NCBI GenBank assembly: GCA_027592785.1
Contig: JAQCLD010000002.1
Coordinates: forward strand, 45,000-108,999
DNA length: 64,000 bases
Origin: Acidobacteriota bacterium
Lineage (GTDB): Bacteria; Acidobacteriota; Terriglobia; Bryobacterales; UBA6623
Direction: 5' to 3'
The notes under the pieces are model-generated. The model was not told where the DNA came from, made no database searches, and saw nothing but the letters and a program-made list of their open reading frames with translations. This document shows positions 50,307 through 59,428 of the stretch, in pieces. Within the stretch, counting starts at the first letter, position 1. Each line of letters opens with the position of its first letter. The translations under genes were made by a program, and so were the position numbers.

Positions 50307-51577
50307 TGGGCGTGGGTAATCCCTTCTCCCATAATCCTTTTCGTTGCGTCGATTTGAGTAAACAGTATGGCTGCCGTGATGCACAGCCCCGAGGCGACCA
50401 AGAACGGAATATTCCAGCCGTAAGCTTGCACCAGGTAGGCAAGCAGAGTGGGCGAAATAGCGCCGCCGACGTTGCCCAAGGTGTTCATGATCGCGGAGAC
50501 CGACCCAGCGGAGTCTCCCCCTATGTCGAGGGGAATCGCCCACGAAACGCCGACGGTCAATTCGAGGCCAAAGAAGCCTAGGCAAGAGAAGGCCACGCAG
50601 GCCTCCGGGTTTTCGGTGAGCGCTGCCGGGATAATACCTCCCGCGGCGAGTAGAAATCCGGTGACGGCGACCGAGCGGCGCGCCATCTTCAGATTGCCGG
50701 TGCGATGGGCCACCCGGTCCGAAGCCCAGCCGCCGAGCAGGTCGCCAAACACTCCTGCCAGTAACGGCAGGCTGGCGTATAAACCCATCTGCTTCAGGTC
50801 GTAGCCCCGGTAGTCGCGAAGGTAGGTGGGAAACCAATCGAGGTAGATAGCTAGGCAGTAGCCATAGCAGAAGTACATCAGCGACAGGTAGCGAACCGTT
50901 GGGCTCGACAGGATGGCGCGCCAGGGCACTTTTTGCGTCCCCGAACCCTTCGGACTGCCCAGCGAGGCGCGAATCAGATCCCGCTCGGCCTCGTTGACCG
51001 AAGCATGTTCATCCGGCGTGTCGCGGTAGTAGAAGTACCAGACTGCGGCCCATGCAAGGCCCATACTTCCGAAGACGAAGAACGGAGTGCGCCATCCGAA
51101 CGCCACCATCAGTGCAACCACAATCGGTGGCGTGAGAGCGGCCCCGAGGCGGGAACCGGCATGCGTTACCCCTTGCGCGAAACCGCGCTCGGTAGGGAGC
51201 ATCCAGCGCGAGAGCGAACGCGTGGCTGTCGGGAACGCACCCGCTTCGCCGAGGCCGAACAGGAACCGGAAGGCCGCCATCGACATGGCGCTCCACGCTA
51301 AAGCAGTAGCGGCGGTGAAGAAGCTCCACACGACTACGATCGCGGTAAGCGCCTTCCGCGGACCGAAGCGGTCGCCAAACCAGCCCCCGGGAATCTGAAA
51401 TAACGCGTATCCCCAGCGGAAGGAAGCGAGGATCCAACCCATCGTTATCAGGTCAAAACCGAACTCCTCGCGGATCAGCGGCGCAGCGGACGAGATCACC
51501 ACTCGATCCATATAGGTGATCAAGTAGGCTACGACGGTGAGCCAGAGGACGATATGCCGGACACGGGTAGGGCGCAT
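50303..51577 (-). CDS. MFS transporter (anion:cation symporter-like)
   Basis: Twelve TM helices. MFS loop motif G.F.DRFGPRK. The start is placed at ATG 51577; the TTG at 51610 is also possible. Confidence 0.85.
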   Translation of the reverse strand: MRPTRVRHIVLWLTVVAYLITYMDRVVISSAAPLIREEFGFDLITMGWILASFRWGYALFQIPGGWFGDRFGPRKALTAIVVVWSFFTAATALAWSAMSMAAFRFLFGLGEAGAFPTATRSLSRWMLPTERGFAQGVTHAGSRLGAALTPPIVVALMVAFGWRTPFFVFGSMGLAWAAVWYFYYRDTPDEHASVNEAERDLIRASLGSPKGSGTQKVPWRAILSSPTVRYLSLMYFCYGYCLAIYLDWFPTYLRDYRGYDLKQMGLYASLPLLAGVFGDLLGGWASDRVAHRTGNLKMARRSVAVTGFLLAAGGIIPAALTENPEACVAFSCLGFFGLELTVGVSWAIPLDIGGDSAGSVSAIMNTLGNVGGAISPTLLAYLVQAYGWNIPFLVASGLCITAAILFTQIDATKRIMGEGITHAH

Positions 51578-51664
51578 CGGAGTCCTGCAATCGTAGCACG
51601 AGCCGCTCAAAGGCCTCCGGGCATCGAGTCGTCAGCGAACTGGCTACTACGCTATCGCGGCGCG

Positions 51665-53137
51665 ATGCGACAATTGGAAGCGGCCGATCCGGGCCGACTC
51701 TTGCGCATGTCGTCCCTCCCCGAGTCCCCCGCGGACCCAGCAAGCCAACATTCGCTTCCCTCGTTTTGGAACGCGGTGCGCGCCTCTTTGGCTGGCCGCC
51801 GTCAGGACTATACGAAGCTGCCCTTGCCTCGGGCAATCTTGTTGCTCGCTGTGCCGATGGCTTTGGAGCTGATGATGGAGTCCACCTTCGGGTTGGTCGA
51901 CATCTTTTTCGTCAGCAAGCTTGGCCCCGCGGCAGTTGCCGCGGTAGGGCTTACCGGGGCGGTCGTCCTCCTCTTGTTTGCCATCGCCTTAGGCCTGAGC
52001 ATCGGCGCGACGGCGACGGTTGCCCGGCGCATTGGCGAAGGCGACGAAGAAGGAGCGCGCAGGGCAGCCGTGCAGGCCATCTTCGCGGGGACTGTGTTCT
52101 CCATCCCATTCGGTATCTTTGGCTGGTTTTGGGCGGCGGATATTCTGACCTGGATGGGCGGAACGCCGGACGTCGTGGCGGGCTCCGGATTCGCGGCGAT
52201 ACTTCTGGGCGGATCGCCCACGATTTTCCTGCTCTTCCTCAATAACGCCATTTTTCGGGGCGCGGGCGACGCCGCGATCGCCATGCGTTCTCTCTGGCTG
52301 GCGAATCTCTGCAATATCGTCCTCGACCCCTGCCTCATATTCGGGCTCGGACCTTTCCCCGAACTTGGTTTGGAAGGAGCCGCCGTCGCTACCACCATCG
52401 GGCGCGGGTTGGGGGTGGCTTTCCAGTTCTGGGCGCTCATGTCCGGCGGCCGGCGCATTGTTCTGCGTCAGCAATTACTGCACTTCGATTGGGCGATTAT
52501 GCGCCCGTTGCTGCGTATCTCGCGCCGGGCTATGGCTCAGTTCTTTATCGCTACGGCGAGTTGGTTGGGAGTGATGAGAATCGTGGCTCTATTGGGCGAC
52601 GACGCACTTGCCGGCTACACAATTGCCGTGAGGCTCATCCACTTCGCCATTCTGCCCTCGTGGGGTATGAGCAACGCCGTTTCGACGCTCGTGGGACAGA
52701 ACCTAGGAGCAAAACGTCCGGATCGCGCCGAAGAATCCGTCTGGTTGGTCGGGCGCTACAATCTCGCGTTTCTTGCGGTGACCGCGGTTGTTTTTGGTCT
52801 CTCCGCTGAATTTTTGGTGTCGCTGTTTAGCGACGATACGGCCGTGGTCTCTGCCGGAGCCGAGGCCCTGCGCGTTGCTAGCTTAGCCTACGTTTTTTCG
52901 GCTTACACCAGCGCTTTCTCGCAGGCCTTCAACGGCGCCGGTGACTCCTACACGCCGATGAAGATTAACTTCTTTGTGCTGTGGCTGCTGCAGCTGCCGT
53001 TGGCCTATTTCTTGTCCCATACGCTGGGCCTCGGCCTGACGGGAGCTATGGCCGCGATTGTCGTCTCCATGGCCGTCTGGGCCCTGGTCGGCTTCTTGGT
53101 CTTCCGCCGCGGCGCCTGGAAACTCGCCAAGGCCTGA
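51665..53137 (+). CDS. MATE family efflux transporter
   Basis: Twelve TM helices. LAVPMALE.....FGLVD.FFV..LG and a repeated MatE half are present. The start is uncertain (ATG 51665 or 51707). Confidence 0.85.
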   Translation: MRQLEAADPGRLLRMSSLPESPADPASQHSLPSFWNAVRASLAGRRQDYTKLPLPRAILLLAVPMALELMMESTFGLVDIFFVSKLGPAAVAAVGLTGAVVLLLFAIALGLSIGATATVARRIGEGDEEGARRAAVQAIFAGTVFSIPFGIFGWFWAADILTWMGGTPDVVAGSGFAAILLGGSPTIFLLFLNNAIFRGAGDAAIAMRSLWLANLCNIVLDPCLIFGLGPFPELGLEGAAVATTIGRGLGVAFQFWALMSGGRRIVLRQQLLHFDWAIMRPLLRISRRAMAQFFIATASWLGVMRIVALLGDDALAGYTIAVRLIHFAILPSWGMSNAVSTLVGQNLGAKRPDRAEESVWLVGRYNLAFLAVTAVVFGLSAEFLVSLFSDDTAVVSAGAEALRVASLAYVFSAYTSAFSQAFNGAGDSYTPMKINFFVLWLLQLPLAYFLSHTLGLGLTGAMAAIVVSMAVWALVGFLVFRRGAWKLAKA

Positions 53138-53196
53138 CCGCAAAGGCCTGACCGCTAGTTGACTCCATCGCACATGGAGGGGCAAGCTGTAAGGCT

Positions 53197-54144
53197 ATGT
53201 CCGCCAAGAAGCCTCGCGTGGTCGCCGATTCCCCCGATATGATGGTTCTCGAGTTCCTCGCGGATCGCGTCGAGCTGTTGCCCTGGGAGGTCACCGTTAG
53301 TGGGGCCGACGACGTCGACGGCATTTACACCTACAGCCACCCGCACACCAATGGCGCAATCATGGACCGCCTGCCGGGAATCCGTATCATTAGCAACTAC
53401 GGCGTCGGCGTGGATCACATCAACGTCAAGGACGCCGCGGACCGCGGAATCCCCGTCGGCCATACACCCGGCGTCTTGAACGGCGCCACCGCCGATATGG
53501 GCATGGCTCTGTTGTTGGCCGCCGGTAGGCGCCTCGCCGACGGCGACCGCTATGCCCGCTCGCCTCAATTCCTAGTTCATGATCCGGGCTTCATGTGGGG
53601 GCACGAAGTCCACTCCAGCACTCTCGGCATCGTCGGTATGGGGGCCATTGGTCAAACCGTTGCCAAGCGCGCCAAAGCGTTCGATATGGACATTCTCTAC
53701 TACAACCGCCGTCGGCGGCCCGAGGCGGAGGAAGCCGTTGGAGCGACGTATGCATCGTTGGACGAACTGCTCGCAAAGTCTGACTACGTCATGCTCTGCT
53801 GCCCGCTTACGGCGGAGACCCAGGGTCTTATCGGCGCTGCTGAATTGGCGAAGATGAAGCCGACAGCCACTCTAGTCAACATCGCACGAGGCGGAGTCGT
53901 AGACACCCAGGCGCTCTACGAAGCCCTTCGCGACAAGGTTATTTGGTCCGCCGGACTTGATGTGACCGACCCGGAGCCCTTGCCCCGCGATCACCCGATC
54001 CTCAAGCTCGACAACGTGACGATTGTGCCGCACCTGGGCAGCGCCACACTTCAGACTCGAAGCAAGATGGCCGAGAACTCGGTCGAGAATCTGATGCGCG
54101 GCCTGCGCGGAGAGGCGTTGCTGAATCAGGCGCCGGTTCTCTAG
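53197..54144 (+). CDS. D-isomer-specific 2-hydroxyacid dehydrogenase (glyoxylate/hydroxypyruvate reductase-like)
   Basis: NAD site GIVGMGAIGQTVAKRA, NIARGGVVD, and DV...EP.......L.....V...PH.GSAT. Confidence 0.88.
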   Translation: MSAKKPRVVADSPDMMVLEFLADRVELLPWEVTVSGADDVDGIYTYSHPHTNGAIMDRLPGIRIISNYGVGVDHINVKDAADRGIPVGHTPGVLNGATADMGMALLLAAGRRLADGDRYARSPQFLVHDPGFMWGHEVHSSTLGIVGMGAIGQTVAKRAKAFDMDILYYNRRRRPEAEEAVGATYASLDELLAKSDYVMLCCPLTAETQGLIGAAELAKMKPTATLVNIARGGVVDTQALYEALRDKVIWSAGLDVTDPEPLPRDHPILKLDNVTIVPHLGSATLQTRSKMAENSVENLMRGLRGEALLNQAPVL

Positions 54145-55163
54145 AGCAGACTGAAATTAATCTCGTAGATCACGCGGCAGGCGACCGCAGAGCCGTCTTT
54201 GCGCGCGGGCCGGAATCGCCACCGCTTCAGAGCCGTCAAGGCTTGTTCGTCCAACCCCAAGCCCAACGGGCGAACGACTTGCAGATTGCGAGGGATGCCC
54301 TCCGCGTCGATTTCGACATGGATCCCAACCGAACCCTGCGTGCGGCCGATAAAGGCCTCTTCGGTATATTCCGGCTCGGTTCGTTCAACTAGCTCTGGCT
54401 GGCGGTTCACCTCAGAGATCGGTATCGCCTGCATCTCCACGCGATCGCCCGCAATCTGCGTCAGCAAAGGCGCCCGCACTTCCCGAGCCTCTTGCTCCAG
54501 CCTGGAAGCCTCTTCATGCTGTTGCATCCCGTGCAGCAATCTTGCAAAGTGTTCCTTCGTTGCGGCAATTCGCAGGTCCGTGGCGTCTAAGACGCGCTCG
54601 CGAATCTCAAGCGCCGTCCGGTAATAGGTCTCTGCCTTCTGGTCCCGAGATTGATTTTCATAGAGGACCGCCAAATTCACGATGCTTTCGGCAACATCCG
54701 GGTGATCTTTGCCAAGCACGCGGACGCGCACGCCAAATCCATCCAGGTAAAAGCGCTCAGCGATCTCCACTTTCCGGCGCCGGTGATAGTAGCGTCCGAC
54801 CTCGTTCAAGAATGAGCCGTACTCGGCGCTTTCTCTGCCCCAAGCTGCCTCCGCAGGTCGTTCCGCCTGACGGTACAGGTCCTCGGGCCGTGCGAGGTCG
54901 CCCTCCGCCCGATGAGCACGGGCTAGCCGCATTAGCGCCTGAGCTTTTCGTGGGTCCGAATCCGGCAGGGTCGAACCAAACTCCACTGCTCCTCCGAACA
55001 GTTCCGCGGCCTTGCCGTAGTCGCTCGACGCCAGCGCAGCGTCGCCCTCACGCACGAGCGTCTCCCAATCCGCCGGCTGCGCGTTTAGCGCATCGACCGC
55101 GATTACGGACCAGCAAAGAATCAACGCCAGCCGCTGAGTTTTTACAGCAGCGAATATCCTCAT
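54141..55163 (-). CDS. secreted TPR protein with C-terminal TonB-C domain
   Basis: A signal peptide and TPR_12-like repeats are followed by PEYTEEAFIGRTQGSVGIHVEIDAEGIPRNLQVVRPLGLGLDEQALTALKRWRFRPA (TonB C-terminal fold pattern). Confidence 0.7.
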   Translation of the reverse strand: MRIFAAVKTQRLALILCWSVIAVDALNAQPADWETLVREGDAALASSDYGKAAELFGGAVEFGSTLPDSDPRKAQALMRLARAHRAEGDLARPEDLYRQAERPAEAAWGRESAEYGSFLNEVGRYYHRRRKVEIAERFYLDGFGVRVRVLGKDHPDVAESIVNLAVLYENQSRDQKAETYYRTALEIRERVLDATDLRIAATKEHFARLLHGMQQHEEASRLEQEAREVRAPLLTQIAGDRVEMQAIPISEVNRQPELVERTEPEYTEEAFIGRTQGSVGIHVEIDAEGIPRNLQVVRPLGLGLDEQALTALKRWRFRPARKDGSAVACRVIYEINFSLL

Positions 55164-55237
55164 GATGTCAACGAAACCACTAACCCCGTAGGCCAGTTTA
55201 ACAGTCCCGGTCGCTTAGATTAGTTGGCGAGACCGGC

Positions 55238-56443
55238 TTATGGAGCGCTGGAGCCAGTGGGCAAGGCAGCGGCGGTGGCGACTGCCAGCTGGCTCACAAC
55301 GTCGTACTGCCGGATGGCTCCCAGCGTTTTGGGATGATCCGGTCCCAACCTCTTGCGAAAAGCCGCACGAGACTTCTTCATTGCCTGCTCGGCTTCTCGA
55401 TAGCGCCGCTGATCCTGCAGCGCCCCAGCCAAGTTGTTCAGACTGATCGCCGTTTCCAGGTGGTCTGCCCCGGCAGCGTCTTCCCAAATCCGAATCGATT
55501 GCCGAAACTGTTGTTCGGCCTCGGATGCGAGTCCCTGACTGCGAAAGGTTTCGCCAAGATTGTTTAGGGCTGTCGCCGTTTCTGCGTCGCGATTGGCCCC
55601 TAAAGCCTGGCGAATCCCAAGTGCTTTCCCTAACAGCCCTTCCGCCTCTGCGAGGTTCATCCGGCTGGAAGAGGCTGTGGCCAGGTGCGCCAGGTCCCGC
55701 GCAGCGGCCAGCGTCTCCGCATCGCCCACTTCCCGGCGAATCTCTGATGCTCTCTCCAAGGGAGCGGTCGCGCTGGAGAAATCTCCGTTGGCGGCGCGAA
55801 TGACTCCCAAGCTGCTGAACGCCTCGGCCAGTGCAACCTTGTCGTCCGGAGCCCCTTTGCTGAGTAATTCCAATGCTCGCACCTGATAGGCTTCTGAGCG
55901 GTCGTAATCGCCCTTCACGAAATAGATCAGCGACAGCTCGCTCAGCGGCTCAGCTACGTCGAGCTGATCCGATCCCAGGTGCTTCTCGACAATCGTCAAA
56001 CGTCTCAGGGCGACCTTTTCCGCTGAATCAGGTTCGTTGAGAGTGAGATACAAACTCGTCAGACTGCTCAGGATTTTAGCCAGATCGATTTGGTCCGGGC
56101 CGAATGAACCCTCCAACACCTCTAGTGCACGGAGATAGAGCGTCTCGGCGCCCTCATAGTTGCCCTCGCGGTGGTAGTGCAGTGCCAAGGCATTCAGGCA
56201 AGCCCCAACTCGTACGTTTTTCGCACCGAAGGTCTCTGCATAGCGAAGCGCCCTGACCAGCGATTCTTCGGCTTCTTTGGATTTGCCCTGAGCGTCTAGC
56301 GCCTGCCCGCGCTGCAACTCGCTCAGCCACGCATCGTTCGGGGCCTGGAGCAAGCTCTGTGCGAGTAGTGTCGGCGTCGGGGCAGAAACTAGCAAAAGGG
56401 TCGCTACGGCTATTCGTCCTAGGACTCGAATACTGCTTGGCAT
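55238..56443 (-). CDS. secreted tetratricopeptide-repeat protein
   Basis: A signal peptide is followed by about 8 consecutive 42-aa TPR_12-type repeats (A..LN.LA..Y...G.Y..AE.L..RAL.I.E...G.DH). Confidence 0.75.
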   Translation of the reverse strand: MPSSIRVLGRIAVATLLLVSAPTPTLLAQSLLQAPNDAWLSELQRGQALDAQGKSKEAEESLVRALRYAETFGAKNVRVGACLNALALHYHREGNYEGAETLYLRALEVLEGSFGPDQIDLAKILSSLTSLYLTLNEPDSAEKVALRRLTIVEKHLGSDQLDVAEPLSELSLIYFVKGDYDRSEAYQVRALELLSKGAPDDKVALAEAFSSLGVIRAANGDFSSATAPLERASEIRREVGDAETLAAARDLAHLATASSSRMNLAEAEGLLGKALGIRQALGANRDAETATALNNLGETFRSQGLASEAEQQFRQSIRIWEDAAGADHLETAISLNNLAGALQDQRRYREAEQAMKKSRAAFRKRLGPDHPKTLGAIRQYDVVSQLAVATAAALPTGSSAP

Positions 56444-56600
56444 AGACCGAAGGCTCTAAAAACGCTCGCGCTGAAGTTTCGCAGATATCTGCTTAAGAAC
56501 ACAACTAGCAAAGGGCCTTAGAGAGAACCACCTGCCCTTAGTACCCGCGGTACCCGGAGGAAACCCAATCGGGTCAAGAGATAGTTACAATGCCCTCTGA

Positions 56601-57740
56601 ATGTTGAGTCGCCTCGCCATTGGGTTCATCCTCGTCACCCTGACGCTTGCCGGCCAGGAGCCCCCCTTTCCCAAGTTCGTGCCGATTCCGACCGGCCAGT
56701 TTTCGATGGGTTCTGCCGCGGGCGCGGCCTGGGAACGTCCGCCGCACGCCGTTGAGACTCCCGCATTCGAAATCTCCGCCCGCCCGGTTTCCAACCTGGA
56801 GTTCCAGGCCTTTCGTGCGGAGCATCGCAGCCCGGGAGATGAGGGCCCCGACGACCCCGTCACAGGCGTCACCTGGAGCGATGCGGAAGCGTATTGCCGC
56901 TGGCTCCAAGATCAACTGGGCACAGGCGTTGCGTTGCCGAGCGAAGCACGTTGGGAGCGTGCGGCACGCGGCGGTCTCGACCAACAAACCTATCCGTGGG
57001 GCGCCGAGTATACGTCCACTGTTAGCTCGTCGTCGGCGTTGTCCGTAACGCCAAACGGGTTTGGTGTTTATGCTGTCGCGTACAACCTGTGGGAATGGAC
57101 CGCGGATTGGTACGCGCCCGATTACTTTTCGAAATCGTCTAGAGAGGATCCTGCAGGCCCGTCATCCGGCGATTTCCGAGTGTTGCGCGGCGGCGGCTTT
57201 CGCAGTGATCCGGCTAGCGCGACCTGCTACAGCCGCGGCAGCGCCCGCCCGTCGACTTCGTCGCCCTACGTCACCTTCCGCGTTATGAAGACGGGAGCCA
57301 ATCCCTTACAGGAACTGACCCGCGCTCCGGCTGCTCCTGCCGCTGCGGTTGCTCCGGCGCCAACTCGCCCGACCGACATGGCCGCCGTCCCGCCGCCTCC
57401 GCCCCCTGCCTCGGGCCTTAGCGTTACTGCCCTGGCCTTCGAACAGGTGGGTGGCCAATTGCAGATACACCTCGCTACGACGGGCAAGCCGGCCTATCGC
57501 GCCTTCGCCTTGGCATCGCCGGATCGCATAGTCATCGACTTGGAAGGGGTAGTTCAACAGATTTCCAAAGGGTCCGGCTCGGTGCTTGTCGAACAAGGCG
57601 GCGTGAAGCAGATCCGCTACTCGCAGTTCCAGCTTGACCCGCCGATCACTCGCGCAGTTATCGATCTCGATCACGCGCTCAAGCACCAGGTCGAAGCGAG
57701 CGACAATCAAGTTGTGATCCGGCTAAGCCCGGCCAACTGA
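56601..57740 (+). CDS. formylglycine-generating-enzyme (SUMF1/FGE) fold domain fused to a C-terminal AMIN domain
   Basis: Signal/TM segment. The FGE-sulfatase pattern is present (F.MGS......E.P.H.V....F.I...PV.N..F, GV.W.DA..YC.WL, LPSEA.WE.AARGG, NLWEWT.DWY, RVLRGGGF). A Pro/Ala linker follows, then the AMIN pattern (RIVIDLEGV.......VKQIRYSQF....TRAVIDL). Confidence 0.75.
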   Translation: MLSRLAIGFILVTLTLAGQEPPFPKFVPIPTGQFSMGSAAGAAWERPPHAVETPAFEISARPVSNLEFQAFRAEHRSPGDEGPDDPVTGVTWSDAEAYCRWLQDQLGTGVALPSEARWERAARGGLDQQTYPWGAEYTSTVSSSSALSVTPNGFGVYAVAYNLWEWTADWYAPDYFSKSSREDPAGPSSGDFRVLRGGGFRSDPASATCYSRGSARPSTSSPYVTFRVMKTGANPLQELTRAPAAPAAAVAPAPTRPTDMAAVPPPPPPASGLSVTALAFEQVGGQLQIHLATTGKPAYRAFALASPDRIVIDLEGVVQQISKGSGSVLVEQGGVKQIRYSQFQLDPPITRAVIDLDHALKHQVEASDNQVVIRLSPAN

Positions 57741-57747
57741 GGACGCC

Positions 57748-58737
57748 GTGAGCGGTCCGTCTTTGTTCGATTCCGTCGAGCTCCCTGGCTCCGGCGCTAG
57801 CTTGGCGAACCGCCTCGTCATGGCTCCGATGCCGACTTTCGCGGCGCATAGCGACGGTTCCGCCGGATCAGCAGAAGTGGCCTACTATGTACGGCGGGCG
57901 CCTGGTCTTGGGGCGGTGATCACGGCGGGCTGTTCCGTCTCGCTGGAAGGCGTTTGTTTTGATGGCCAATGGCGTTGCGACAGCGATAGTCTGATCCCTT
58001 CTCTGCAGTCAGTCGCGGCCGCGATCGAGGCGCATTCTTTCTCCGTGCTGCAGCTTTGTCACGGCGGCGCCTTCACCGATCGCCTTGACCTTGCCGGCGT
58101 CATTGATGAGTTTGAGCAAGGCGCTCGCCGCGCCAAGGAGGCTGGATTCTCCGCCGTCGAGATTCACGGCGGACATCGATACCTCTTGCAGCAATGCTTC
58201 TCCCGGCGCAATCCAAATCCATCCGTCGCGGATCGCAGCCGACTGTCCTTGGCGATTGTCGAAGCCTGCGCCCGGCATTTGCCCTGCTGGTATCGTCTCG
58301 ACCCAGAAGAACAGGGCCCGGCAGGCATTTCGTTCGTCGAGACGGTCGAATTCGCAAACCGATTGGTCGATAGCGGCGTTCAAGTTCTTGACGTCTCCGC
58401 CAAGCGTTATGACCAAGGATCCATCCTCGACTCAGACGACCTTCGTCCGCGCGCTGCCCTGCTTGCCGCGGCCCTCGTGGGCAGAGCACTGGTGCTGGGA
58501 GTCGGCGGAATCGACACGCCCGACCAGGCTGAGACTGTGCTCAACGGCGGCTGTGCCCTGGTAGGACTCGGCTCCGTTCTGCTGGCCAATCCGGCCTGGC
58601 CGCGTGACGCTCGCGAAGGGCGCTCGATCAGCGATCCAAGCAAAAAGCCTTCGAGTGATACTCTGGTGAGCCTGGCCGTACCGATGCCGGTGATTCGTTA
58701 CCTGGCGAAACGCGGTCGCTTGAGCGATGCAAGCTAA
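57748..58737 (+). CDS. Old Yellow Enzyme-family NADH:flavin oxidoreductase (short form)
   Basis: L.NRLVMAPM, LQL.HGG and GFSAVEIHGGHRYLLQQCFS. GTG 57748 lies 7 nt after the preceding stop. Confidence 0.7.
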   Translation: MSGPSLFDSVELPGSGASLANRLVMAPMPTFAAHSDGSAGSAEVAYYVRRAPGLGAVITAGCSVSLEGVCFDGQWRCDSDSLIPSLQSVAAAIEAHSFSVLQLCHGGAFTDRLDLAGVIDEFEQGARRAKEAGFSAVEIHGGHRYLLQQCFSRRNPNPSVADRSRLSLAIVEACARHLPCWYRLDPEEQGPAGISFVETVEFANRLVDSGVQVLDVSAKRYDQGSILDSDDLRPRAALLAAALVGRALVLGVGGIDTPDQAETVLNGGCALVGLGSVLLANPAWPRDAREGRSISDPSKKPSSDTLVSLAVPMPVIRYLAKRGRLSDAS

Positions 58738-59395
58738 CCCCGGTTCGGTTGTTGACCCTCTCCTCGATTCCCTGTGGGATCGCGGCTTGATTCTCATTGG
58801 CGATCGCGTCCGGCGAGAGTACGCGCTCAACACCCCAATTTTCATCGACCTGCGGCACAAACTCTACGACGACCTCGACCTGCTCGACGCCATCGGCGCA
58901 GCGCTGGTCGCCAAGATCGCCGCAATAACGGCGGACGCCACTGCTCCCCAGCAGGTGATTGGCATTCCCGATACCGCGACCCCCCTTGCGCTGGCCGCCG
59001 CATCCGTCTCGCGGCGCGGAGCCGTGAAGCTCTGCTACGGACAGTTGCGCAAGGAGCCAGCCCGCTACCCCGGCGGCCGGTCCGGCGCTAGCTCCTACAT
59101 GGGCGTCGTGGATCCGTCTCGCCAGATTACGCTCATCGACGACGTGATGGCTTCGGGAAAGACCAAGCTGCATTCGATTGAGCAACTCAGCCAATGCGGA
59201 CTCCGCGTGGCCCGCATACTCGTCGTCGTCGATCGCGAGCAGGGCGGAGCCGAAATTCTCGAAAACCGAGGGTACTCGGTGTCCTCGCTCTATAAGGCGT
59301 CACGGCTCATCAGCTACTTCCTCGAGTCAGGTCGCATCACTGCCGCCGAGGCGCAGTCAGCGCTCGAGTTTCTCCGCCGTAAACAGTATTCCTAA
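58727..59395 (+). CDS. pyrE: orotate phosphoribosyltransferase (UMPS/Bacillus-type)
   Basis: TPIFIDLR, GIPDTATPLALA, LRKEPARYPGG, PRPP loop ITLIDDVMASGKT and VVVDREQGG. The start overlaps the OYE gene by 11 nt. Confidence 0.7.
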   Translation: MQANPGSVVDPLLDSLWDRGLILIGDRVRREYALNTPIFIDLRHKLYDDLDLLDAIGAALVAKIAAITADATAPQQVIGIPDTATPLALAAASVSRRGAVKLCYGQLRKEPARYPGGRSGASSYMGVVDPSRQITLIDDVMASGKTKLHSIEQLSQCGLRVARILVVVDREQGGAEILENRGYSVSSLYKASRLISYFLESGRITAAEAQSALEFLRRKQYS

Positions 59396-59428
59396 CTTGA
59401 GTTGTCACCGTCGCTAGACTGGGAGTTC

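Noticed and set aside
53129-53155. Tandem duplication AAGGCCTGACCGC A AAGGCCTGACCGC spanning the MATE stop codon.
   Set aside because: It is only two short copies, most likely a slippage remnant. There is no array structure and no coding consequence beyond the stop.
56601-57740. The FGE/C-type-lectin fold as a diversity-generating retroelement target.
   Set aside because: There is no reverse transcriptase or Avd-like gene, and I could not see any template/variable repeat pair in or near the gene.
58727-59395. The phosphoribosyltransferase as a defence-system effector (PRTase domains occur in some retron and other anti-phage systems).
   Set aside because: There is no reverse transcriptase, no ncRNA-like repeats and no other defence genes nearby. 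The sequence carries the full set of OPRTase-specific blocks, so a pyrimidine-biosynthesis role is more parsimonious.
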